DNA from: Rhynchobatus australiae
Taxonomy: Eukaryota
Assembly: GCA_034780895.1 (NCBI GenBank)
Contig: JAUZTB010000001.1
Coordinates: forward strand, 97,611,500-97,675,499
Direction: 5' to 3'
DNA length: 64,000 nt
This document shows, piece after piece, positions 39,506 to 54,001 of the stretch. The notes under the pieces were generated by a model. That model saw only the letters and a program-made list of their open reading frames with translations, was not told the origin of the DNA and did no database searches. Numbering within the stretch: position 1 is the first letter of the stretch; the number at the start of each line of letters is the position of its first letter. Position numbers and translations under genes: made by a program.

Positions 39506-41439
39506 CCATTTTTTTTACAGAAATAACTATATGAATGATCTAACTTTTAACCGAGGCTCATGAAGCCATGCCCATCATTAAAATTAGTGGCATCTTGATC
39601 GTGCCAAATTCATATGATAAGAGTTGGGCTGTTCGCACAAGTTCGAACTCCTACTGCACGTCATGATGATCCATTATTACAGGGTAGCTTATTGNNNNNN
39701 NNNNNNNNNNNNNNNNNNNNNNNNNNNNNNNNNNNNNNNNNNNNCATAATTGGTCATGTAAATTTCTGGTAGGACACTCCTTATGAGATTATAACCCATT
39801 CTAATTTAGTCATTATTACTTATTATTTGTTCTTGTAACCACACATTAGAATCTTCTAAATAATTCATGCATTTGTATCTTAGCATATATCACTTTAAAA
39901 GTTCTAGTTTTCACTTGTATGTTCTGTCAATGCATAAACATGGTATCTTGAATTTTCTGGAGGCTTTTAAGTAATATCTAAATTAATAGCGACTTTGAAA
40001 AACTATAACCATAAACTATAAATGGCTGGAACTGTTGCAAACAGGAAGATTTACCTCAATCGAGGTCATCTGGAACAGTTCTGGAAGGCAGTGATGTTAG
40101 TACTGGCAAATGTAAGATTTTGCAATTTTCTACACATTATAGTTATGTTATCGTGAAGCATTCTGGTTGAAAAAAAGTGTTAATCTATATTCCCTAACAA
40201 AGTATAGAATCATCTCTCCTTATTGCAGGTTTTTCTTTTGTTTCTGCCAATAATCAAACATGCAAATTCTTTGTTACTGAATTATAAGCAGTTTGGTCTG
40301 TAAGGTCTTATCTGTTACAAACTGAGTTATGATAGTCCATGCACATACACTGCGGACGCTAGAGCTGTCAGAAAGAAGAAACTTTCTGTTTGTGCGAGTT
40401 TATTTGCAATTCAGGTTCCCAAAGTAAAATAATTTTATAGTCAATGTGTGTGAATATTGAAATAGTCCAGTTTGTAATAGGACAAAGACAAAACAGAATG
40501 CAAATGGTGGAATCTAGAACAAAAGCAGAACACTCGAAATCAGCAGATTAAACAGCAAAAGGTGCAAGTCGCCATCTCAGGTCAAGGGTTGATTTATACA
40601 AATGCTGCTTGACCTGCTGAGTTCTTCCAACATTCTGTTATTGTTCCAACTTATGTTAGTTTTAGCTGTAAATCATGGGCAAAATAGCAAAAATAAAACC
40701 TTTTTATATAAACAACTTGCTTGTGAAGAAGTTAAGTTTTGAGAACTGAAACTCCAAATGTCTCCAAATTAATCAAATCAAGTAGTCCTTCAATTAAGAC
40801 TCTGTACATACAGAAGATTCTTACCTAATAGATTATCCATTTCAAACTATCTCCATCCCCAGCCAAGCAATAATTTTTCTAGGCAAAATTATTTCAATTT
40901 TCTGAAAGCTTTCCTATTGTGCAAACATAGACTCATAAGCCTCCAAAAAAGTATTTTTGATTTTTGCAGGACTGAGATTATGCTGTTATGTCTGTTGCTG
41001 TTGCTTGTAAAGTTGTAAGATTCCACTACTCAGCAGAATACCAAAAGAATGGGAATAGCAATATTGCAGTATCATAGATTAGGTAATAGCTGTAACACAG
41101 AGGGACTTTCCTAGCATGGGAATGGGTAGAAGAGGGATTACTCAATTCTGAAAATGAGGAGTTTGAAGTTGGTATAATATCAGAAGGCAGGCAAGGATAA
41201 ACAACCAGCAGGGACACATCATTAGAGAAGACAATCGAGGTCATCGGACTAGCATGTAGGTATTTTAATGAAACAAAAAANNNNNNNNNNNNNNNNNNNN
41301 NNNNNNNNNNNNNNNNNNNNNNNNNNNNNNNNNNNNNNNNNNNNNNNNNNNNNNNNNNNNNNNNNNNNNNNNNNNNNNNNNNNNNNNNNNNNNNNNNNNN
41401 NNNNNNNNNNNNNNNNNNNNNNNNNNNNNNNNNNNNNNN

Positions 41440-41593
41440 NNNNNNNNNNNNNNNNNNNNNNNNNNNNNNNNNNNNNNNNNNNNNNNNNNNNNNNNNNNNN
41501 NNNNNNNNNNNNNNNNNNNNNNNNNNNNNNNNNNNNNNNNNNNNNNNNNNNNNNNNNNNNNNNNNNNNNNNNNNNNNNNNNNNNNNNNNNTCA
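41440..41593 (+). CDS. RASGRP1: RASGRP1 exon 6 (inferred, mostly inside N gap; only the last codon TCA and the donor are visible)
   Basis: The sequence right after the gap is tca|gtaagt (Ser codon plus consensus donor, phase 0), matching the expected ...FRRIS end. The start coordinate is extrapolated from the expected ~154 nt length, not observed. Confidence 0.6.
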
Positions 41594-42089
41594 GTAAGTC
41601 TGGTGTCAATTCTCATAAGGAAATGGGGGGGAAAAGATCTGATTTCTGTTTTAAAATTATCTCCTTTTGAACATGCAGAGGAAGACAAGTTTCATCAGGT
41701 TACTCATTTGAGCTTCACACACCTACAAATAAACTATATAGTAAACAGTTGTGATTGTTCTCAAAATGGCTGATGGTGCATGGTAAATTGTTAAATACTG
41801 ACAACAGCAGAAAAAGTGTAAAGAGAGTGATCCTTGTACTTCATTTACAGTGCAATCATAGTCCAACAATTAATTGAAAATAAATATACCCCCAACCTAG
41901 TCTCAGATTTCAAGGATTGCTTTATATTGCCCTCTCTAAAATCCCATCTGAATTGCTAACAATTTGTTATTGAAGTGACATTTTCATATTTCCATGGTGA
42001 TAATACTTATGCACAAAAGGATTTTGATAATTTTGCTGCAGTGAAAAATATCTTTCACAGTTTTTCCAGAAAATGCACACAACCTTTAA

Positions 42090-42460
42090 CATTCCTCTTC
42101 ATAGTGACGTACAAAGCAATGTCAACTGGAAAAAAAAATGTTGTGGTCTAGTCTCCATCGCATCTGGTCTCCAACAGCTAGTTAGCACACAACAATATCT
42201 CACAAACCAATATATTATCAGCTTATCCCTTTTTCATCTTGTTGAGTGATAAATGCTGGCCAGGGAATGGAGAGCTCCCTATTTCTCCTTTTGCATGGTG
42301 TCTTGTGTTATTCTCTGTCCACCCTCAGTGAACAGTTGGTGCTTTGGTTTAACATTTCATTTGAAAGATAGTTTCTCTGGCAGTGCAGTCCCTTTTATGT
42401 TGTACCAAAGAGACATAAACATTTAGTGCTCTGGAGAGGGGCTTGAACCTAATAACCCCA
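42090..42460 (-). mobile_element. Deu-domain SINE relic
   Basis: ggtttaacatttcatttgaaaga...ctctggagaggggcttgaacc is the reverse complement of the core seen at 25400. Confidence 0.55.
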
Positions 42461-42489
42461 ATAAAAATGCAAGATAATAAGAGCAAGAC

Positions 42490-43409
42490 TGGGTCACATG
42501 TCCTCTCAAACCTGCCCGACCATTTGACAAGATTATAGTTGATCTTCAACTCCCCTAACTTCTCTAGATTCCCTAAAAGTCTATCAATCTCAGATTTGGA
42601 TATGCTCAATGATTGACCACCTACAACCCTTTTGGGGTTGAGAATTACAGAGATTTACAGTGCTCTGAGTGCAGGAATACTTTCTGACCTCAGTTCCAAA
42701 CGTCTGATCCTTTACCCTGAAACCACTCTAGATTTCCCAACCAAAGGAAGCAATGTCTCAGCATCCACCCTGCTATGCCCTTCAGGTATATTGTATGTTT
42801 CAATAAGTTCACCTCTCATTCTTAACCCTAACAAATATAAACTTCTTAATCTTTCCTTATCAAACAGCACTTTTATCCCAGGAATCAGTCTCGAGAATAT
42901 TTATTGCTTTATCCCCAAAGCTAATTCATTCATCTTGAGATAATGGAACCAGATCTGCACATGGTGGTCCCAAGTGTAGTCTCATAGAAGCTTTGTATAA
43001 TTGTATTGACTTCCTTATTCTTGTATTCCAACTTGATGTTGCAAAGACCAACTCTCTGTTTACCTTTCTAATTGTTTGTGAGTACTATCTCTTCATTTTA
43101 AAATGTTCTTTATGTTATTCCTTCCATCCGAGTTTGGCTTGTTCACATTTCCCCACATTATATTCCATCTGCCACCTTCTTTTTCACTCACTTCAACTGT
43201 CAAAGAAGCAATCTCTTTGTGTCCTCCTCATGGATTACTTTCCCACTCAGCTTTGTATTGTCATCAAATGTGAATATATTAGAACCAATTCTTTCATGCA
43301 AGTCATTAATGTAGGACTTAAAAGCTGAGGCCCAAACACTTCTTTGCAGGACTTATAACCTGCCAATATGAAACTTTCACTCCAACTGTTTTAGTCTGTG
43401 AATGAATTC
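42490..43409 (-). mobile_element. Old CR1 fragment
   Basis: CR1 3' UTR plus degenerate RT (tcacatttccccacattatattccatctgcca, similar to WQMEYNVGKCE). Confidence 0.7.
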
Positions 43410-43991
43410 NNNNNNNNNNNNNNNNNNNNNNNNNNNNNNNNNNNNNNNNNNNNNNNNNNNNNNNNNNNNNNNNNNNNNNNNNNNNNNNNNNNNNNNNNNN
43501 NNNNNNNNNNNNNNNNNNNNNNNNNNNNNNNNNNNNNNNNNNNNNNNNNNNNNNNNNNNNNNNNNNNNNNNNNNNNNNNNNNNNNNNNNNNNNNNNCACC
43601 AGTTGCCATCCAGCAATATTTCAAAGTCAACTTAGGAATGCTTAAATATACAAGACATCCCTTGTATCTTCAGTCCTCTCCTAAGAGATGCTTCATGGTA
43701 CATGGCCAATGACATTTTGCCACTGGTGCCAAACGTGACCATCCTTGACTGGACATGATTTTTCCTTCTCTATTTGCAGGTTGGTGGAATGCTGAATCAG
43801 GAATGTCTGTGCATGTTTTCATATCAAGTTGTTCAGAACTTTCTGCCATTTAAAGGAAGATGTCTAAATAATTAACCGCAATTGTGACTTCACCAACCTA
43901 TCAAAATATGTTTCACCATTTAAAGGCAGGATGAAATAAAGTTGATAATGATGGATAACAATCAGAAAATGACAAATTTTGATTTACCCAG

Positions 43992-44165
43992 TTTTCAGAT
44001 TATCAGAATTATGTATTAACTGGCTGTGTAAAAGATAATCCCACGATGGAACGCTCTGTCGCTTTGTGTAATGGCATCTCACAGTGGGTCCAGCTTATGG
44101 TTCTCAGTAGACCTACACCACAACTACGAGCTGAAGTCTTCATCAAGTTTATTCGTGTGGCTCAG
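43992..44165 (+). CDS. RASGRP1: RASGRP1 exon 7 (CDC25 domain): [58 protein letters not shown]
   Basis: Acceptor tttacccag, donor cag|gtatgg. 174 nt, phase 0/0. Confidence 0.96.
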
Positions 44166-44367
44166 GTATGGATGGTGCTTGTAGTTCTTTCAAAATGTGC
44201 AAATAGTTTTGCTGGAATATTATTATTGTCAAAGTGAATGATCAGATTATTTTTAATTTACAGATCTTCTTTGTAATAAATTCATTGTTAAGAAAATATT
44301 ATCAAGATAAATAGAAAATCATAATACAATTAAATTTTAAAATTTAAATTTAAAATTTTTAAATGTA

Positions 44368-44620
44368 AGTTCTATTTACAGCATGGTAACAGGCCCTTCT
44401 GGCCCAATGAGTCCACGCCACCCATTTTAAACCCCACATTAACCTACCCGTACGTCTTTAGATTGTGGGAGGAAACCGGAGCACCCGGAAGGAACCCACA
44501 CAGTCACGGGAGAACGTACAGACTCCTTACAGACAGCGATGGGAATCAAACCTCGATCACTGGCGCTGTAATAGCATTGTGCTAACTGCTACACCACCTT
44601 GCCTCCCCCTACACTACTGT
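44368..44620 (-). mobile_element. tRNA-derived SINE, near full length
   Basis: tatttacagcatggtaacaggcccttc...ggaggaaaccggagcacccgga...cactggcgctgtaatagc. Confidence 0.85.
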
Positions 44621-44624
44621 GCCC

Positions 44625-45152
44625 TTTTGAAACAGTCAACATGATTTAATTAAGGAGAAATTAACAATTTATAGAATTCTTTGAGGATGTAATGACCAAG
44701 GTGGATAAAGGGGAACCAATAGAAATAGTGTATTTGGATTTCTAAAAGTCATTTAATGAGTTGCCGCATAAATGATGCTACACAAGGGTTCATGAATGGA
44801 TAGAGGATTGGCTTACCAACAGAAAACAGTGAGTTGGATTGAGTAGGTTAATTTTAAGCCATGACCAGTGAGGTTCCTATAATGATAAATGCTGCAACCA
44901 CAACTAGTATCTATTTTTATTAATGAAGAAGCCAAATGAATTGTCGCCAAATTTGCCATTGTTGCTTTCCCTTTTATTTCTGTAAGTTGTGAAGAGGTAT
45001 CTGTGGGCAAAAACAAAATGGCCCTTTTGAAAGAAAAGTAGAACTGCAGAACATTGTTTAAATGGAAAGGGACGAGAGACTGGTCCTATGCAGAGGGATC
45101 TGAGTATCTTCATGCAAGAAACACGGAGTGAGCATAGAGATACGGCAGTAAT
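44625..45152 (+). mobile_element. CR1 RT fragment
   Basis: VDKGEPIEIVYLDF.KSF, WIEDWLTNRKQ, AKFA. Confidence 0.7.
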
Positions 45153-45839
45153 NNNNNNNNNNNNNNNNNNNNNNNNNNNNNNNNNNNNNNNNNNNNNNNN
45201 NNNNNNNNNNNNNNNNNNNNNNNNNNNNNNNNNNNNNNNNNNNNNNNNNNNNTGCCCAAAAGAAATAAAAAATGTTTAATTAATTTCTAACTTCCAATTC
45301 ATTGAAATCATTCATTGAAAGATTTCTGTTAAGATAGGACAAAATACAAGCATAATTTCAACCTTTGCAAATGGAACCACTGAAAGGGAAATGTCACCTT
45401 CATGAAGTCAGGTGGTAATCCACATTAAAATAGAACAGGTAAAAGACAATGAATATGGTGCAGGTTTGGTCACATATCCACAAGGTTACAATAAGACCAA
45501 TTTCCAAAATTGGCTCCAGTTCAATTCTATACCTGCTTGCAAGCAGCTCACTGGCAGTTCTACAGCGGGCAATGGGATAGACAATTGTCTCCTCTGAGAC
45601 TGTGACAAATTCAGCTGATTCCGGTGAATCGACAGCTAAACTCTGTTCTTCAGTTCCTGTGATTTTATTGCACTCAGGAACCGCTTTCCTCTCATCACAG
45701 GTCATCAAGAATTCTTGTTCTTCTTCAGAATTACTGAATTAAAAAGGAACATGGCATAAACAGAGAGTGGAAAAAACTTTTTGCTTAACAGTTGATTTTC
45801 TAATCTACATCACTGGCCCAAATCATCTTCTGTAATGAA

Positions 45840-46335
45840 CTTCTAGCCCCTCTGCACCAGGGTGGGCTATGTCCCAACTTCTATCCTTGAATGGGGAGAG
45901 GGAGGGATGTTGACCAATTCCCATCCACCACAGTCCTCTGACTGGCTCAACTTGTTACCACATTGAACAACATCTGCTTTAACCCCACTCATTACCTCCA
46001 GATTAAAGGTGTAGCTATGGGAACCTGCATAGATCCAAGTTATGCCCATCTCTTTGTGGGATGTATGGAGTAATCCTTACTTCAGTCCTACTTGGTTCCA
46101 TGCACCAACTATCTCTATTGGTGTCGCTTCCTGTGCTCATACAGAACTTGATAGTTTCATCACCTTTGCTGCCAACATCCACTCCACTATCACTTTTACG
46201 TGTCTGCCTTTGACCCTCCCCCCGCCCCCCCCCCCCCCGCCTCCCACCTCAGGGAAGAGCATTAGTGGCCAACGTCATTGATTTCCACAACCATCTTGAC
46301 TCTACCTTCTCTCATCCAGTTTCCTGTATTGATTC
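45840..46335 (+). mobile_element. Penelope-like RT fragment
   Basis: KGVAMGTCIDPSYAHLFVG, ASCAHTELDSFITFAANIHSTITFT, HNHLDSTFSHP. Confidence 0.8.
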
Positions 46336-46739
46336 CATTTTTCCAGTTTCTCTGAAAGCATTTGCAGTGTTTTGCTTAAATAGTTTGTATATCAGCTCTT
46401 GCACTGTTTGCTTTGCATCTTTTTTCCCTCTTGTTTTTCCTCTTTCTATTTTCTTTTCTCTCCTATTTAAACCATCTACAGGCAAATCATTTGTGACCGA
46501 CGAGCTTTCACCACTCTCTCTCAGCTGCCACTGCCGTCACTTTTGTTATTCATCTGTTGGTCTCCTCACTATCACAAGTGTCCCTATTATTCTCTCTGCC
46601 TTTCACCCATCTCTGCATCTTCTCAGTTCTGACGAATGGTCATTGACCTGAAACGTTTAATGTTTCCAATTCCCATACATGCTGCCTAACCTGCTGAGTA
46701 TTTCCAGTATTCTCCATTCTTATTTAAGATTCTGAGTGG

Positions 46740-47086
46740 GTTTTAAAGATTAGATAATGGAGTCTTATTTCCCCTCTTGCAAGAATTGAGAACTAAAGGG
46801 TATAGTTTAAGAATAAGAGGCCACCCATTTAAGACTGTGGCAAGGAGGAATTTATGTCTGAAAGTCATCGATCTTCAAAATTCTGTGCCCCAGTGAACTG
46901 TGGAAGCTGAATCATTGAACATATTCAAGGCTGAGATAAACAAATTTTTGGAATATGGTTGAGTCGAGGGTTATGGGGAATAGGGAAGAGGAGCTGAGGC
47001 CAAGATCAGAACAGTCATGATCTTACTGGTACAAGCGTAAGGGGCATTATGGTCTACTCCTGCTCCTATTCCTTATGCTCTTATGT
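46740..47086 (+). mobile_element. CR1 3' end
   Basis: agaactaaagggtatagtttaagaataagagg...tactcctgctcctattccttatgctcttatg. Confidence 0.8.
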
Positions 47087-47804
47087 TTTTAGTTAAGTAA
47101 TTCATAGGACATTTATAATTGCAGATCCAGTTTGTTTTATTGGTTCCCTAGATATGTGCATGGATAGATATTGATAGAATGAGACAAGAAGTCCAATTAG
47201 ATTCAGAATAAAAATTTGCTCATGAAATTTGTGAAAAAAAGTAAATAAACACAAAACATTTTGTTCAACTCACACTTCCTGATGCATGCGCAGATGACAT
47301 GCCTTTGCGTTACAGAAAATTATGATGTAGACCATTTTCTAAGAATGCAACCCCCCATAATACGGGGGGGGGGGCGTCACATGTAATATGTATTAACACT
47401 TTAAGGATAAAGTGGCAGATCACAATGAATCTCATGCAACCTTGACGATCAAGTTCAAACAGAGGTAAATGATTAACTTGTCATCAGTTCATTATTATAA
47501 CTTGGCAAGGGAATTTTTCTTTAACATTGCTCACACAGGAAAATATGTGTGCTTAAGTATTTCAGATTATATATTTTACTGTTTTGAATCCAGGTGGTGA
47601 TTATAATTATGGGTTGCAGTACAGTAAATCTCAGTCATTCACGGCCCTGCCATTCCTCTCATCTGATTCAGAATGCATTGTCATCTGGCTTTCTCCTNNN
47701 NNNNNNNNNNNNNNNNNNNNNNNNNNNNNNNNNNNNNNNNNNNNNNNNNNNNNNNNNNNNNNNNNNNNNNNNNNNNNNNNNNNNNNNNNNNNNNNNNTCC
47801 TCAG

Positions 47805-47921
47805 AAACTCCAGCAGCTGCAGAACTTTAATACACTAATGGCCGTGGTTGGAGGTTTGTGTCACAGTTCAATCTCCAGACTCAAAGAAACAAGCGCCTGC
47901 GTCCCTCATGAAGTTAACAAG
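47805..47921 (+). CDS. RASGRP1: RASGRP1 exon 8: [39 protein letters not shown]
   Basis: Acceptor tcctcag, donor aag|gttggt. 117 nt. Contains the CDC25 motif NFNTLMAV. Confidence 0.95.
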
Positions 47922-49623
47922 GTTGGTGCTTTACTTGGAGCGGGTCTACACCAGAGCTTGTGATGTTGCAAGATTGATAACAACTTTCTTAAAATTTGGT
48001 GAAGGTCACGGCCTGGATTTCACTGCCGTGGGCCCATCATCCTTTCTTGCCGCCTGTGGTCACATCTTGTCCAAACGTCATGTTACCTGAGATCTTGAGC
48101 CAGAGGCCTGACTTTGGGTGGTTGTCTCCTGTTGCCAGCAAACCACATTCCACACTGATACGTGGAATAAATAGGATGATTGAGGCCCGGGTGAGAGGCT
48201 ACAGGGGAACAGCATCTGATTGCAGTAGCTTTCAATCCCCTGCCCCCAATGAAAGATGCAACGTATGCTGGGCAATAGCTGCATTCATCTAAATGTCTTG
48301 CAAATACATACTTATAGTTCTTCATGTGTGAACCTTTCTTTAATATCANNNNNNNNNNNNNNNAGACATCACAACGTCTTTAAATAGTTGAAATGAGTAG
48401 GTTAAATGCTCTTCCTCCATGCATTAGTGCAAGCACAGTGTGAAATGTATAAAATTTCCCCACATTGAACACCCTCTGTGAAAAATGATACCTTATTAAA
48501 GATTTATGTTATCTGCTTATGCCAGCATCTTCAGTTTCAAGTTATATTTTTGCACTGGGAAATGAAGATGTGAGATGAAGAACGGACACAATGGACCCAA
48601 ATTGTCTCCTTCTGGACTGTAAATTTTCTCTGACTCTAAGAACAGAAAATACTATTTTCCCATACAATACAAGCTTTCATAATAAAGGCAACTTGATTAG
48701 AATTCTATACAAGGAAACTTGTACACGTTGAGAAAAGACTGTAATTATCTGGCATTCATGTTTCTACCGCCCAGGAAACTCTTGATTGTATGGTCTCATA
48801 TGTATTTAATTCTTAAAAATATTTTTAATTACTTAGGCAGGCGTGTCATGAACTGCAGCTGGATTGATAACCAGAATTTCTCATCAGGAGCCACAACTAC
48901 CATTCAACTACTCAAGATCCTGTGTCATCATCCCTAAGCATTTCTTGTCCCTTTGGCAGAAGTAGTTNNNNNNNNNNNNNNNNNNNNNNNNNNNNNNNNN
49001 NNNNNNNNNNNNNNNNNNNNNNNNNNNNNNNNNNNNNNNNNNNNNNNNNNNNNNNNNNNNNNNNNNNGTAGTTTGGAAATTAATTCAGAAAGTTTGGCCC
49101 TAGGATGACCTCACTATTGACTCTGGACCCAATTGTATCTCCAGCCAAATCAAACATGGCCAAAGATCTGTTGTACTGATTATAAACTACAACATCCCAT
49201 TCTGAACTGACAAATCAATGCTTTCCCTGTGAACGTCACTCAGAGGAAGTTCTGACAGTAGCACTGAAAGTACTGTAGACTTTAAAATCTATTATCAACA
49301 TTAGAACGATCACTGACTTGGCTGGTAAACCTGCAATACTTGATTCCTGGCAGCTAAGCTCTGATGGTAGCCGACTCCAGGCAAGGGTTTACAATATCTC
49401 AAGAAGAAACCTCTTTTGCAAATAGATGCAGAGGTAGACGATGGCAGGTGGCTTATGTAATGCAGACTATTTTGTGTTCACATTAAGTTCTATTGCTTTC
49501 ATTCTTATACTTTTATTGGTCATGTTCTCTCACAACTATCAAATGGAAAAATATATGGTTAAGATAAATGATTCATTTAAGTAAGAACATTCAGAATCTG
49601 TAATTGTGGCATTTTCAATGTAG

Positions 49624-49899
49624 GTAATGAATGAAATGACTGAGCTGCTTTCGTCCAGTGGAAACTACAACAGCTATCGACGTGTCTATGGTGATTGCAT
49701 AGACTTCAAGATTCCTATTCTGGGTGTCCACCTAAAAGATCTTATCTCACTACACGAAGCCTTGCCAGACTATGTTGAAGATAGCAAGATTAACGTACAC
49801 AAATTGCAGATTCTATACAACCACATCAATGAGCTTGTCCAGCTTCAGAACACTGTACCACCTCTGGAAGCAAACAAGGACCTGGTGCATTTGCTCACA
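49624..49899 (+). CDS. RASGRP1: RASGRP1 exon 9: [20 protein letters not shown]...[16 protein letters not shown]...[11 protein letters not shown]
   Basis: Acceptor caatgtag, donor aca|gtaagt. 276 nt. Overlaps ORF 49627..49920. Confidence 0.96.
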
Positions 49900-52800
49900 G
49901 TAAGTCTGCCTTTACTCTGATGCTGGCTTGTTCTATCAACTGATAAACAGCCCTAAGACTGAAAATTGCACAGTGACACTCCAAATACTAAGGCATTAAG
50001 GATCTCAAAAATGACATGATAAATGCAAACAATGTGCATAATTTGCATCATTAAATCAGAACCTAGATGCCTTCACTGGGTTATTCAAGTGCAAGTGGGT
50101 TTTACTGTTGAATTAATCTGATCCAGACTAGATGACCAATTGCAACCATTGTCATTCCTCAGGTTAAATGCTGACAAGTCCCAGGACTCCAGTATAAATG
50201 CAGAGGTTCTAAACTTATTAGATGAGTTCTGATAGCATCTTCCTAGCTGGGTTCTGGCAATGGGTTTCACATAGTCCAGGGTGGAATTAAAGCTTTGCTG
50301 TGATCCTCTGGCACTTTTGCTGATTTGGTCACAGAGTTAAGATCAGAAACCCGGACTCTTTTGATTGACAGCCAGGGCTCAGTTTGAATGATTGCCCTCT
50401 CTCTGGTGATTTGCTTGAGGCAGTGCTGGTTTCAGGGCAATCCTCCGGCCCTGGGACTGGTGGAAACTGCTTTCACCCCAGGTCTGCAACTCCCTTCAGA
50501 TGCAGATCCTGTGTTGACTTACTATCACCCTGAAATTGAGTACATATCTTCTCAGTCTATCACAGCCACCAACATCCAGAATGATTGGAGAGCCTAGAGT
50601 CCGAAGCAAACCAGATCTGGATCTGCCAATCCTCGCTTCTCTCACTGGGCTCTTCAAACCTCTCCAAACCTCTCCTGCCTAGCTTGTCAGTGAATGTAAC
50701 CAAGCAGTTCGGTAATAAGTCATACTTGCTAGTGGTGGGGTGAAGGAAGTAGAGGATGTGCAGGAAATCAAAACTGGAGCATTGCAGAGACCTGAGGGTT
50801 GTATGACTAGAGGAGGTACAAATATAAGGACAGCTAATCCCATAGAGAGATCTAAACATAATGGGGGTTATCCATTTTATAATTAGAGCATTCAAAAATA
50901 TTGGTATTCTTTTGCTCCTTAACTGTGATGAAAAATGCTATTAATTCAGTTAAATATTGTAATCACTTGACAGCCAGTTTTATCTGTAAGAACAAAGTAT
51001 AGCTCAGTGTATTATTTTAAATGTCTTTTTCATAAATCAAAAGAAAAACAATGTTGAATACTGTTAAGAATTTCCATATATCACCACCATAGTTCTTTTA
51101 TAACTATCCAAATATAATGACTTATCAGTCAAGCCAAACAGTTCAGAAGCTTTTGACCTCTGCATTTTTATTAAAACTATTTGCTCTGGCCTTCTGAAGG
51201 CTTCTAAAATTTTAATTTATTTATCCTCTAAGGAAAAACAAAATTTTAACGCAAATAAAATGTGAAACTTATGTTGTAAGAGACTTTAATTATGATTCAC
51301 CTGGTTGTCACTTCCATCTCAAAATGCCAGTTTAGATCTTGTATGTGATAATGTGGCACTAAAGTGGACAAAGTAAAATTTTAAGCTGCCATCTTCTGGC
51401 TATACCTTTTAATTCACAAGTTTAAAGCTATAACAGTACTTCAAAATCATTTGCATCAAAACACATCAGGAAATCGCTTGCACAACTTGGTTGCAAGCAA
51501 AGTAATGAGCAAAACGAAAATCTGCTGCAGGTAACTTCACTTACCAAGAGCCTTGTGCTCTTAGTTCATGGATCAAGCGATAATACAGTTTAACAGCAAA
51601 CTTAACTGGTTCAAAGTAAGATCCTATTAACTGAACAGTTAAGGGGCAAATCAATCAATGAGTATTAATGCCATGCTCCTTTGCCCCAACACCCCACCCT
51701 ACTCAACCCCTCTTCACCACTGCCACTTCCGTAACACCTTCACCCATACAAGCCTTATTANNNNNNNNNNNNNNNNNNNNNNNNNNNNNNNNNNNNNNNN
51801 NNNNNNNNNNNNNNNNNNNNNNNNNNNNNNNNNNNNNNNNNNNNNNNNNNNNNNNNNNNNNNNNNNNNNNNNNNNNNNNNNNNNNNNNNNNNNNNNNNNN
51901 NNNNNNNNNNNNNNNNNNNNNNNNNNNNNNNNNNNNNNNNNNNNNNNNNNNNNNNNNNNNNNNNNNNNNNNNNNNNNNNCTGCGGTGTCAAATTTCTATT
52001 TGGTGTTATCACACTTGTATTTGGTAACGTTAATTCTGTCTCGTCCTATTAATTGCTGTGGAGCATTTCATTGTGTTACCTATTCTACATAAATGTAGGT
52101 TTTTATTTGTATTTCCTTAATATTTAATAAAATAATTGTACATAACACTTTTTCATACAGATAAGCCCTTTAAATATTGCTGTCCTTTCCTTTCTGTGGT
52201 TTAGCTAAACCACATGGCCAGCACTAAAACGTATGAAATGCAGTTACGAAAGTATAAATACATCTTGTGTTGTTGCTTCACTTAGACCTTACCACAACAC
52301 TTCCTTTGTGTTTGTACAGAGATTATTTAATTTAGCAGCGTGAAGGTCCATTCTGCAAGCAGAATTTGTGAATTTAAATTCTAATCAATGAGTATTAATC
52401 TGAATATACTATTTTCTGCTGACACTGTTTTTGGCAGATTCACTTGAAAGCCATTGAGCTGCCTTTTAGTATTTGCAGTGCTGGATGCAGGAGAGTCTAT
52501 GCTTGAAAAGCATGCAAATGATTGGTGAGAGCACAGCTCGCTATTCAGAGTGCTAAATCTGCCTGCTCCACAGCTGTTGCTAGATGTAATCAAACAAATT
52601 CACCTAGTGTTCTTCAATTACAGGGTCTTATTAGGGATTATTAACCTCTGGGCAGGCCATTAGAGAACGTGAAATAGAATCCAGTTGCTGATAATAAATC
52701 AAAATGCAAATCAGTCTCAAATAGTCAGACTGGTTTCAGGCTGGACACCATTAACTGGCTCTTCTACTAAGTGTTGAAAATTATGATTTTCCCATGATCA

Positions 52801-54001
52801 CTTACCAACAGTGATGTTGAACATTATAATTTTTCAATGTAATCTCTAATGTAATTCAATACCCAGCTTTATAGACACATGTGTAAAATTAATTTTTTGT
52901 TGAGTAACTTGCTCTTCTCCCACAAAATGCTAAGCCGAGCCTTGGAGTGCGAGTCATCACTAACACACACTTTGAACATCTCCAAACCATCTACTCAAGA
53001 GCAGCATAAATGGAGATATTACTACTCTGCCCATACTTCTGTCATAGCCGCTAAAGACAGGAAGATTTGGGGATGGGACCGGGGCTAGATGGTGAACATA
53101 TAAAGGAATAGATCCTCACCGAACTTTGCGTGCCAGGATAGAATTGTTCAAGTAATGAGACGAATGTCACTCTGCTTTGATGCAGCATTGATTTAGGGAA
53201 GAGACGTACTTACCAGTGAATTTATTTTGTGCCTATACTGTACACTAATTTGCTGCTTGCTATGCCAGTTTAAAATATGTTTTATGAGTTTCTTAAAGTG
53301 GTATTTTTATACCACTGGGTAGTATTCAGAAATGCAGATGAGCCATTTTAGTGAATGTGAACCTACTAGTCTTTGGTGATCTTGTAAAGCAGCCTCAGAA
53401 TGACTACAACAGCACGTCTGGATAAAGAAAGGGAATGTACAAATAATATATCTGTTTCTGAAATATTAAAGCATTAGTAAACATTGGGTGAGTATGGAAT
53501 GGGGCTAGACTCAGATATCCTCTGTAGTTACATGACCTATTGGTCCCCAATGTTAATGTCCTCAGTACTGCTTATTGTGGTAAGACCTTAGTTCTGGGTG
53601 AGGATACCTGTGTAATCTTATCCCAGCAAGGTAGTTGAAGAGGTGAGAGAATCAGAAGCCATGGCCACAATTGAGATCCTAGTCTAAAGTATTCTGTATC
53701 TGGCTTTCTTTAAAAGGTTTTATTGATGCAGTTAGATGAAGTGTGACTGCAATAATTACCATTTTAATGTAGGCCATCTGTAATCGGAGTTACTGGTGCC
53801 CTCTGTAGGTATTTGCAGTAGTTTGAATCATCAGTAAATCATTAATTGAACTGCAAGAGTATAACATTTCTCAATTAGTGAGTCTACCAATATACAATAA
53901 AAGGTACTGGCCAAACATGGGTCACTTATGTAGTGCGGTGAGTGAAAACTGAAACATTTGTTGAAAGCAGTTTGTGTAACTGATACTCTGCACTATTTCA
54001 G

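Noticed and set aside
49621-49630. AG|GTAATG at the exon 9 start as a recursive splice site
   Set aside because: Explained by the Val codon. The upstream intron is short (~1.7 kb) and there is no other support.
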